A DNA stretch of 58,176 nt, filler included, from Diploschistes diacapsis (taxonomy: Eukaryota), in the NCBI GenBank assembly GCA_023645945.1. It is 6 parts of 6 records of this genome, joined end to end, with 100 filler letters (N's around TTAATTAATTAA, not from the genome) between each part and the next. Parts side by side here need not be neighbours in the genome. Positions count along the whole stretch, not along the records: positions 38,866 to 48,473 come from JALAIB010001016.1; positions 48,574 to 58,176 come from JALAIB010001017.1; 4 more parts are not named here. The stretch is one strand, 5' to 3'. A model generated the notes under the pieces. The model was not told the DNA's origin, made no database searches, and saw only the letters and a program-made list of their open reading frames with translations. This document shows positions 46,405 to 55,798 of this stretch, piece by piece; position 1 is the first letter of the stretch; every line of letters begins with the position of its first letter. The translations under genes were made by a program, and so were the position numbers.

Positions 46405-48108
46405 ATGCCTAAACGCAAGGCCGATCAGAACACATCAAGCAGCGGCAGTGTTTCATGTCCGAGCGTGAAAACAGTCCCGCCGATATCCAGAGTGAAAAGG
46501 CAGCGCCGCATAGCAAAGCCATCTCCTACAACTCCACCACGCAGAAGCGCACGGCTACGGGAGATTGAAAAGCCAGTCATCGTGAAGCAGGAAGCGCGCC
46601 GTCAGTTACCAACGCCGCTATCGTCTTTTTCGCGTAGCTCGGCTCAGCGCAGGAAGAGGAAACAACTGCATTCGCTGGAGGAATTTGAGGAACGAAATCC
46701 GTCAAAGAGAAAGTTGGCAGAGCAGGACACGTGCAATCTGTCGCCAGATCTTGAAAGTGACCCAGTCGCGTTCTGGGCTGCGACCGGTTTCTGGCCGAAA
46801 GTCCCGGGAGACGGAAGAGCCAAGATGGGCCAGAAAGGGGCCAATGATAAAGAATCGAGCAAGGAGTCCAGCAAGCGGAAGAGCTCGTCAACACATCATT
46901 CTGCTCGCCTACGACGACTGGCAGAGCACGGCCTCAGGATGAGATCATCGGCAAAGATTCAACCATCGAGTAAGGAACTCTGCAGAGACCTTCTCAAGGG
47001 CGATCGGGTACCGACCCACTTCCCCTGCTATCCATCAGACAAGGTCGAAGAAGTCCTAGAACGTGTCCACGACTCAAACGAGCCTATTCTTCAAAGAGAT
47101 GTCACCCCCTGGATTGTACCGTCCGTGCAGAATCTCTTCCTTTGCGGCGACCTGGACAATGATTACTTTATGGAGGAAAAGGAAGCCCTTTGGAGCCAAT
47201 GTGCGACGATTGGTGAGACGCAGCCCAAACCCGATTTTACCTTCGGACTCCGGCAGGAGGCCTTTACTACGCTCGAGTTGCAAAAATTACGATACTATGC
47301 TTCCCCCGACCGGCCGTTCTTGTTCACCCAGAGACTCTGCTTCCCGTTCCTTATATGCGAGGCCAAGTCCGGACTGGAAGGAATGGATAAGGCAGATAGA
47401 CAGAATCTGCACAGTGGCAGCATGGCGGTTCGAGCTATCTTCAGCCTTTTCAAAGCTGCTTTTGGAGAGGATGACAGTCGGGTCAACGAACTAAAGGGTA
47501 AAATTCTGGCGTTCACCATTTCTCATAACAATCGCATAGTGAACGTATACGGGCATTATGCCGTCGCCAAGGATAGGGCTCAACATGAACTTGAATTTTT
47601 TCGTCACGATATAGCCCTTTTCAGCTTAATCATCGACGAGGGCAGTCAAAGGTTCAAATCATACAACTTCGTGCGCAATTTGTATGGCAAGTTTGCTCCG
47701 GAGCATATGAAGAGAATTCAGAATGCCGTGGCATGTTTGCCGGTACCTACGAACCCAACCAGCCGATCTTTCGCTGCTACGTCGGAATTGGGTCCGGAAG
47801 AAACACCTTCACAAGACAATGGCGCGCTCCAGGAGCCTAATGAAGCGGCCAGTGCGTCGGCAGGGATGGAGATGGCCAAGCTTAGAGAGCAGATTGACAA
47901 GCTCTTGCAGCAATTGGAGCAGCAGGGGAGGGACAGCGAGCAGAAAGAAGAACGGATGGAGCGCCTAATGGAGCAGCAGGAGCGCCAAATGGAGCAGCAG
48001 AAGAGGGACAGCAAGCAGAAAGAAGAATGGATGGAGCGCCAAATGCAGCAGCAAGCGGAGCAGCTTAAAGAACTTTATTCTTTACTAAAGACACAAAAAA
48101 GTTCATAG
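46405..48108 (+). CDS. Intronless DUF7924-like protein with PD-(D/E)xK-like motifs and C-terminal coiled coil
   Basis: Basic disordered N-terminus (RRSARL), 'DPVAFWAATGFWP', 'QPKPDFTFG', 'FPFLICEAK', 'ADRQNLHS', 'AFTISHN', 'VYGHY' and a Q/E-rich tail; likely ATG at 46405. Confidence 0.75.
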   Translation: MPKRKADQNTSSSGSVSCPSVKTVPPISRVKRQRRIAKPSPTTPPRRSARLREIEKPVIVKQEARRQLPTPLSSFSRSSAQRRKRKQLHSLEEFEERNPSKRKLAEQDTCNLSPDLESDPVAFWAATGFWPKVPGDGRAKMGQKGANDKESSKESSKRKSSSTHHSARLRRLAEHGLRMRSSAKIQPSSKELCRDLLKGDRVPTHFPCYPSDKVEEVLERVHDSNEPILQRDVTPWIVPSVQNLFLCGDLDNDYFMEEKEALWSQCATIGETQPKPDFTFGLRQEAFTTLELQKLRYYASPDRPFLFTQRLCFPFLICEAKSGLEGMDKADRQNLHSGSMAVRAIFSLFKAAFGEDDSRVNELKGKILAFTISHNNRIVNVYGHYAVAKDRAQHELEFFRHDIALFSLIIDEGSQRFKSYNFVRNLYGKFAPEHMKRIQNAVACLPVPTNPTSRSFAATSELGPEETPSQDNGALQEPNEAASASAGMEMAKLREQIDKLLQQLEQQGRDSEQKEERMERLMEQQERQMEQQKRDSKQKEEWMERQMQQQAEQLKELYSLLKTQKSS

Positions 48109-48473
48109 CGAGAGAAAAGTGATAGATAGTCGCACAGTGTTTATTACCTAGCTAAGATTAGTCAGAATATCTCTTAGTTCTTTGTCCTATCAAGAACCCC
48201 TGCATCCAACTTCTATCAACTTTTGGAACGTACTATAGGACCAACCATTAGTTTCCAACTATAACGCGCCTTGTTTGAGAAAAGTAAAAAAACAGAAAGT
48301 CATCCATTTTAGTTTCAAATCGAAGTCTGGTCGGTTTTCCCAACAAGTGTCCCCCCGTTACTGCTTCCCGAGCATACACTCCCGTGATGCCGGATTTCGG
48401 AAGGCAAGCTCCACTCAGTCAAACCATTACCTCATCCGCCCTCCTTCGGAGAGCCCCCCTACCTCATAACCCC

Positions 48474-48573
48474 NNNNNNNNNNNNNNNNNNNNNNNNNNN
48501 NNNNNNNNNNNNNNNNNTTAATTAATTAANNNNNNNNNNNNNNNNNNNNNNNNNNNNNNNNNNNNNNNNNNNN
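48474..48573. other. Artificial contig spacer
   Basis: N44-TTAATTAATTAA-N44. Confidence 0.99.
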
Positions 48574-48574
48574 C

Positions 48575-49420
48575 CAGAACCCTAATCCCCAACCCCTAGT
48601 CCTTCGCCCAACAATCCCCTTCCTAATCGAATGCCCCATGGCTCCCCACGCACACCCCCTGCGCCCTCCTCCCGCCGCATACGCGCCCGGCGCCCACCCG
48701 CTGCTGCAGTTAACCTTCGCGGCGCGCTCGCACCTCCTGCGCTACGTCTTCCAGGCCCTCCCGGCCGAGCTGCGGGCTAGATCGGCAGATCCAGCGTCCT
48801 TTATCCGGCGGACGCACGGGCAGACGGTCGTGCTGCGGGAGGGAATGAGGGCCGTCAAGGCGAAATGTGCCGAGGGCGAGGGCGCGGCTGGCGGGACACA
48901 CGGCGGCGGCGACGACGACGACGACGGGGACGAGGCGCAGGCCTGGGAAGGCGCCTGGGCAAGCGTCATGGAGGGCGTGATGGAGCAGGGCGCCATGGAG
49001 GCCGGGCCGCGGGGCTGGAAACTGGCGGGGCGCGAGGTCTGGGTGCGCGAGCGCAGCCGGCTGGCCGTTCTTGCGGCGGCGGCGGCGGCGGCGCCGCCTC
49101 TTCCCGTCCCCGTGCGTGCTCCCGGCGCCCCGCTCCCGGAGCCATGCGGATCATCTCCGGGGACACCACCAATGCCACACCAACAACAACAAGATCCCAG
49201 CGCCGACAGCGACGACGAGACCGTCGTCGTGGCTGACCGCGGGCAACAGGATCAGCAGCCGCAGGCGGCTCCTGGCCGGCCTGGAAACTGGCTAGGCGGA
49301 CGGACGTTCTGCGTGGCGGCGCCTGGAAGTGCGGTTGCCAGGGGGATGAACGACGGAGTGTTGGAGATTGTCGACGGGGCGGAGTTCAAGGTTGGGGGAG
49401 AGGGTGTGCTTTGGCCCTGA
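48575..49420 (+). CDS. Hypothetical protein, probably 5'-truncated at the contig edge
   Basis: Frame open from the contig start (QNPNPQPLVLRPTIPFLIECPMAPH...) to TGA 49420; strong GC3 bias; no family recognised. Confidence 0.6.
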   Translation, partial: QNPNPQPLVLRPTIPFLIECPMAPHAHPLRPPPAAYAPGAHPLLQLTFAARSHLLRYVFQALPAELRARSADPASFIRRTHGQTVVLREGMRAVKAKCAEGEGAAGGTHGGGDDDDDGDEAQAWEGAWASVMEGVMEQGAMEAGPRGWKLAGREVWVRERSRLAVLAAAAAAAPPLPVPVRAPGAPLPEPCGSSPGTPPMPHQQQQDPSADSDDETVVVADRGQQDQQPQAAPGRPGNWLGGRTFCVAAPGSAVARGMNDGVLEIVDGAEFKVGGEGVLWP

Positions 49421-50361
49421 GGCTGGCGTTGTGGCGGAAGAGGGGGGGGGGGGGGAGTTGTGCGATGCGAGGAGGGTGATTGGAGGTGTTGATCTGTTGG
49501 ATATCTTGATAGCTGGACCGAGAGGACCGAGAGGAGGACGTGTAAGTAATGCATGCGAAATTTGCCCTTGCTTTTTTTTGCTTTTGCTGTTTTTGTATTC
49601 GGGCCATGTTGCGTGGGGTCCTTGTGTGGGATTCCCGATGCTGCGTGAAATACAATGTAGACAAAGAGGCTCTGGGCTTCTCGGCTCACCAATAGCTGGG
49701 GGGACTATGCGATCGATTCGGAGGGGAGTAACGCCTCTGCATTCCCGGCTACTGGATCCCCCAGCTCGATGATGTGAAGCTTCTTGTAACTCCAAAACCT
49801 GGGCGCGATTCAGCATGGTAAAGCGATGCACGAAACAACGATTGGTAACACCCGAGGCTTTAATGCCCAACAATACCCTTACGAGAAAAACACCAGCGCC
49901 CCCTCGAGAGAGAGCCAGCAAGGTGCGTAGGGTGGGACATGGTTCCCCAAAGCTAGCAGCGAAATTTCACGAGAGCAGTCCATCACAAAGGGGCGGTCTC
50001 ACAGCCTACACCATCCCAAAGAGGAAGATCCGGCCTCGCAAACCCCTGGGTCTTGGCACTGCCAGAGGTAAGGCGTCAACGGAGAAGTCCAACTTTAAAA
50101 CTTCGAGCAAATAATGCAAGGCAAGCATAGGATTTGGGAATTTTTTAAATTCAACACTTGTTTCGCACAGGCTATCCGGGTATCTGGGTATCACGACCTG
50201 ACAAACAAAGCCCGACTACGCCAGAAACATCCGCCCGCACACAGGACTCCAGGCGCTATGCCCCGCATGAAAGACTTCACATGCGTGTGTTTTTGGGAAG
50301 AAACGATCGCAAACAACTCCCCCACCCATCTCCGCCTATCCCACTACAAAAACGCCTTTGC

Positions 50362-53300
50362 CTACCACTCGTCGTTGCCCGTCGCCGTCGTCGCGATTCC
50401 ATACTGCCACACGGGCTGGTCATCGAGCCCGCCTCGGAAATCCGCATTGTACGCCGATGTCCCTGGGAAAACCCGCGCGGCCTCCGTCTTGACTGGGATT
50501 GTCGACAACGTGCTTCTGGACCCGGAGCCAGGTTGCGCGCCGTTGTTCGGCTCCTCGGCCTGTCTGCGCGCTTTCGAAGCCGACGCGGTGCCGATCTCGA
50601 AGACGATGCCCTCGTCGCCGTAGCTATCCAGGAACGCCGTGATCTTCTGGTACGTCATGTCCCCGAAGACGGTGTTGTGGGACGCCATTAGGAAGCCGAC
50701 GCCGTAGCCGTTGGGGCTGCCGACGATGGCTTTGCCCGGGTCGGTGGTGGGGTCCAGAGGGGTGCCGGGCCAGGCTTGCATCTTGGAGCCTGCGTTGGCG
50801 GTGGCTTGTTCCAGAATCTCCTGGGTGGACGGGTTGTAGACCATTCGGTGGATTAGGTACTTGAGGCTTCCCGGCTCAACCGCAGGGGTGGCGGTTGAGC
50901 AGTAATGTTGCCAGACCAGGAATATGATGTCGGACAGGCGCTGCGGGGTATTGGCAGGCAAGGGGTTGATGGGACCTTTGGCAAATTCCACTACCAATGC
51001 GCCTTCTTGAGGGTTAACGTAAAAGGTGTACTGGATTTGGCGTGTGCCGTCGGATGGATTGTACTTCAGTATAGAGATTAGTTCATGGATTAATATTAAA
51101 CAGAAAAGTCTTACCAATGCGCTCCAACCCTGAAAGTTGTGCTTGTCAATCGATAACCCTTGGAAAACCGGATCGAGGGCAGCATCAATTGGGTCAGTGA
51201 TCTTGAATATATAGCCCGTCTGCGCCAAGGCGTTGTAGTTGGTGAACGCACTCTGCTGAGCATCGTCAGACTTGAGCATTGCAAAGATTTCATCTGCTCT
51301 GCAGATCGCCTGAGCATATGAAACCGGCTTGTTCACCCGCTTGGCAAGCTGATCAGATCTTTTTACATGTTGCGTTGGAGAAGGCCGCTGCTGCAATGTG
51401 GTTGTGGCGCCAGTAACTTCGAATCCCTGCCTAGGTGCACCTGGGTAGTTGGCACAATCCACACTAGTTGCTGTGCAGTAATACGCAAGACTTGCGCTTG
51501 CGGAGACAGATTCCTGCGCGTTAAGGCAGCTGATTTCCCACGATGTACTAGCGATAGTGCAGTGAATATCCCAAGCTTTGGCAGTTGGCCCAAAACAATC
51601 AATTGTCTCCGTCTGTGTATCTTGAGGAGAACATCTGTATGGTATTGTGACGCCACACAGTCCACTTGGCCATGCAAAACTACCGAAGCTTGATGCAGGG
51701 GGGGTCCTCGGTAGAGGTCCCGAGGTATAGCCCGCGAGGTCAACAGCTGGCCAAGCATATTCATTTGATTGGCATTTATGGAGAGGGCCAGGTTGTATCA
51801 ATCTTGGAAATCCGCCAGACGGATCGATGCCTTGCGCATCTTTAAGGTTGCCAAACGGACCAATGCCTTGCGGACTAATGCCTTGCGGATCGTTAAGGTT
51901 CACATACTCAATACCGTAAAGTCCCCAAGTGTACGGCTTCGGTGCTGGGGTTGGTGGTATTGTAAGGGCCGGAGACGGCTTAACCTTTGTAGTTGGAGCC
52001 GAAACAGAAGCAGGCGTCGTTACATAGCACTGTGGACCGCCCCAGCAGCCCAGCATCATACTGACAGTAGCTGATCCGCCGCACGTCGTCGACCAAATGT
52101 CAGAAGCCTCAGTGCAGCCGAAGCCCCCATTCGTCTTTGACTCGTCGTAGCATTCGTAGGAGGTTGACTCCTCATTGGATGGGTAGCATCGATAATCGTC
52201 CGTGTTTCCGCAGAGCCCCTGCGTCCATCCGAAGGTACCAAGCGTGCTTGCAAAAGGATCAGAAGGTACAGGGTCTGTTCCAAGGGGATTCCCGCTCACT
52301 ATCTGCACAGCGGCCCCAACATGCAGATCTGTTACGCACTCCGAATAAGGGCCGGGCAACACATATGTATCAGCCTTTCCTCCGGCGCTCCCCAGGATGA
52401 CTTGGTAGATCGCCCATGATGATTGCGCTTGTGTCGGAGCGGGTCCTGTTCCTATCGTTGGAGCTATGGGTAGTGTCGTGCCGACGCTCGATGTCGAAGT
52501 GGCAGTGTCAGTGAAAGGTGCATCGGTTGCCGTAGGCCCGCACGCTGGTCCTCCGGCGCATGCCAGGCCGAGGGTCAATTTCACGGCTGCGCCGCCGCTG
52601 CTGGCCGAGCAAGTAGTCTCGAAGCTTCTATTCGGCTGGACACAAGCGATGCCTGGACTACCATCAAAACTGCCACAGAACATGTCATTTACTCCATCAA
52701 CTCCGAATTCACTACATTTGTAAGCAGATCCAGAGCCACAGATTCCGGACGGCAATTCGATTCCCGCGGTGATAGTAGTGGCGTAGGGAGCTGTTGTGGA
52801 AACGAATCCGGTAACAGATGGGAAAGGACCAAGAGCAGCGTTGGTATGTGGAGAACTGTCAACCCAGCAAGAGGAAAGTGGACCCAGTTTAATGTAGGTA
52901 TTCGTACTGCCGCCTGATGTATAGACAGCCGTGTAGAGACCAAAGTCATAACGAGTTGATCCACCGGTCATCGACGCAAGGGAGCTCGTTTGCATCGGCG
53001 AAACATTACCATTTGAACCAGATACACCGGATGTGCCTATTGTGGTAAGAGTGGACGGAAGTAAGCTGCTCTTAAGCGTAGTCATCGTGGAGCTCATGGC
53101 TGTGCTTGTAATTGTAGAGTTGCCGGGCAAAGTAGAGTTGCTACCACACGAGCCTTGGTCGTCCGGATCCATGGTCGGACACGAGGCATATTCCGTTGTC
53201 ACCGTCGCTGTGACATCGCATCCAGTTATCTGAATAGAGCTTGCAGTCTGGCAGAGAGCAGTATTGTTCATTGAGAAGCAGGAAACGACGACTTCTGAGG

Positions 53301-55798
53301 CCGTCAAGGTTTTCATACAACTACTGGTAGACGACGTTGTAGAAGCAGTTGTTGAAGCGGCCTTAGTAGAAGCACTGTTCTCTCCTTCACTATGCGTAGG
53401 CTCAGGCTCGGTCTCGCCGCCTCCTGGCCCGGCGGGATCAGGAAAGTTCGGATCTGGAATTTTGAAAGGTGACCAACAATCAAGGAGGCAGGGAGCATCA
53501 ACCCAGCAGAAGAAGATACAAGGTATACCGCAACCCGACGCGCAAATGTTGGGAGGGCCAATGCTAAATTCGATACCTCCCCATCCTCCCCAAGGTTCTG
53601 GGCCTGATGTTTTTTGGGGAAACCAAGGCGCTGGTGTGAAAGTTCGAGTCTGTACACCGCCATGAGGTAGTATTATTCCGGATGGGAGATTGTCGGTAAT
53701 CACAAAAGGCTGTGGAACGATGCTTGGAGTTGCACTGATGATGGACGGAACGCTGGTACCGGTGATGTTCATGTTGAAGTAGTGGAAGCAATCCGTCGTC
53801 ATTGGAGGTGGTGTCACGGTTGTTGGTGTAGTCGTAGAAACCCACCGAGTGCTGTTTGACGTCGTGCCATGCTCGGTAATAGTAGGCCAGACAACCTCCA
53901 ACGAAGTAGTGATTGGAGGGAACGTTAGTGTCGTAGTTGACGTTACACAGTTCGTGGGAAAGATCAACCGGCATGGTGGTGTACAGTGAACTGTAGGGTG
54001 AGCCCCAGTAAGGTCAGATTCCGGAACGTAGACATTTGATATGGTCGGCGAAACGATTCCATTTGAGGATCCTGATGGGAGCGGAGACGATGCAGGCCTG
54101 GATGAGACTGGTGACGAAGGCGATCCGACCGAGCTGGAGATTGAAGTAGTAGAGGATAGTGGTGAAAAAGCTGACTGTCCAGAGCCACTGCTTGAGCCTG
54201 ACCGAGATGGTGGTGGGGCTGACTGCCCAGAGCCAACACTTGAAGCACCTGATGGAAGCGGCGCTGATGGAGATCCACTAGAGCTTTTACCTGGTGTAGC
54301 AGACGGAACAACGGTCGAGCCTGACGCAGTACCACTAGGTGGACGCAAGTGGGTACCGGATGACTGACCAACAGGGATTGAAGTGCCACTACGTTGTACA
54401 CTCGGTGGTGTTGATACACCAGATACAGCTGAGGAAGCTTGACTGCCTGATGATGGGGGCAGGCTTCTGGAAGGTGGTGGTCCTCCACTAGAAGCATGGC
54501 TACCTGAGGGCAAGCCAGCGGCGGTTGGTGCAGTTAAGCTTCCTCGAGGTGGAGCGGATGTCTGGCCTTGTGTTGCTCCAGGAAGTACTGAGCCAGGTCG
54601 GTTAGAGGTAGGAGATTGCCCAGATGCAGATGGAGGTGGAGCCGAACCACCGCCGCTGACGGGAGCTAAAGAGCCAGGTACGACAGAACTTCTAGGAGGT
54701 ATTGAGCTGCCAGAATGTGCCAAGCTTCTAGAAGGTACCGAGCTACCAGCAGGAGTTGAGTTACCAGGACGAGCTGAGCTGCCAGGAGGTACTGAGCTAC
54801 CGGGAGCCACTGAGCTACCAGAAGATGCTGAGCCACCAGCAGGCGCCAAAGATCCAGACGGAGACGGTCCACTCGACGGAAGCGTGCCACCCGGTGCATT
54901 CGATGCCACTAATGAGCTTCGACCTTGTGACGGGTTCACAGAAGGAGGTGGACCCCCACCTAGATGCACTGAAGTAGCAGGGCCAACGCTCGAACCAGGC
55001 GTTGGAAGGCCGCTGGACCGCGCTGGTGCTGTTGTCCCACCTTGTTCATTGCTGCTTGCTCCTGGTGCTACACCACTACCACTAAGAGGCTGTGAGGTAT
55101 GACCAGCAGCTGGTGCGGAGCCGGGGCTTTGGTGAACGGAAGGAGGTGAACCAGATGAACCCGCGTGGGATGCTGGTGAACTACTTGATCGCCCAGCAGA
55201 TGGAGGGATGGGGCCACCGGAACTACCTGCTGGAGGAGTCCCTGCAGGGGGTCCAGTAGATGGCCCTTGTGCTGAACTGCCAGGCGGAACACTGCTCGCT
55301 GCTCGGCTGCCTGACTGTGAAGGTAGATGTGCAGAGCTTGCAGCACTCGCAACATGGCTTGAGGGGGCACCAGAAGGTGGTGGTCTTGTAGCCGCGATAG
55401 TATCTCCTGAGGTAGGTACTTGAGGTTGACCATCAGAGAACTCGGAGATGATTGGTTTGGGAACACCATTTTCCGTAGTCAATCCGACAGTCTGCAAGAA
55501 CACTCCCCTTGATTCATCACGGGCGAGCTGTTAAGTTGTTAGCCAATTGACCTTGGGATTTGTAGCCATCATCACCGAATAGATAGGATTAGGCTAGTAA
55601 GCCTGATGAGGCTCACTCTGGGAAACTTACCAGCTGCTCATGGTTACCGTCTTCATACTTGCTGGTAGAGAACACATGTCGGGAAACAAGTTGCTTGGAA
55701 GAAGCTAGTAAGTCAGTAACGGGCTTATAGGCACAGAGACCTGCGACAAAAGCAAATATTATGAGCAGAGAGATCTCTGCCTTTTTGTTCCTCTTCAT
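50362..55798 (-). CDS. Large modular secreted protein (~1760 aa, 3 exons)
   Basis: Exons 55798-55631 (signal peptide), 55527-51115 and 51063-50362. Contains an S/G/P-rich stalk, a Cys/Thr module 'CTPPCRLIFP...CASGCGIPCIFFC', three 8-Cys repeats, dibasic KR sites and a C-terminal domain with 'IVGSPNGYGVGFLMASH'. Confidence 0.88.

Noticed and set aside
45900..48300. Transposon boundaries around the DUF7924-like gene
   Set aside because: No convincing terminal inverted repeats or target-site duplication found by eye.
48574..48630. Telomere-like CCCTAA at the contig start
   Set aside because: Not a tandem array; it reads in frame as QNPNPQPL of the downstream ORF.
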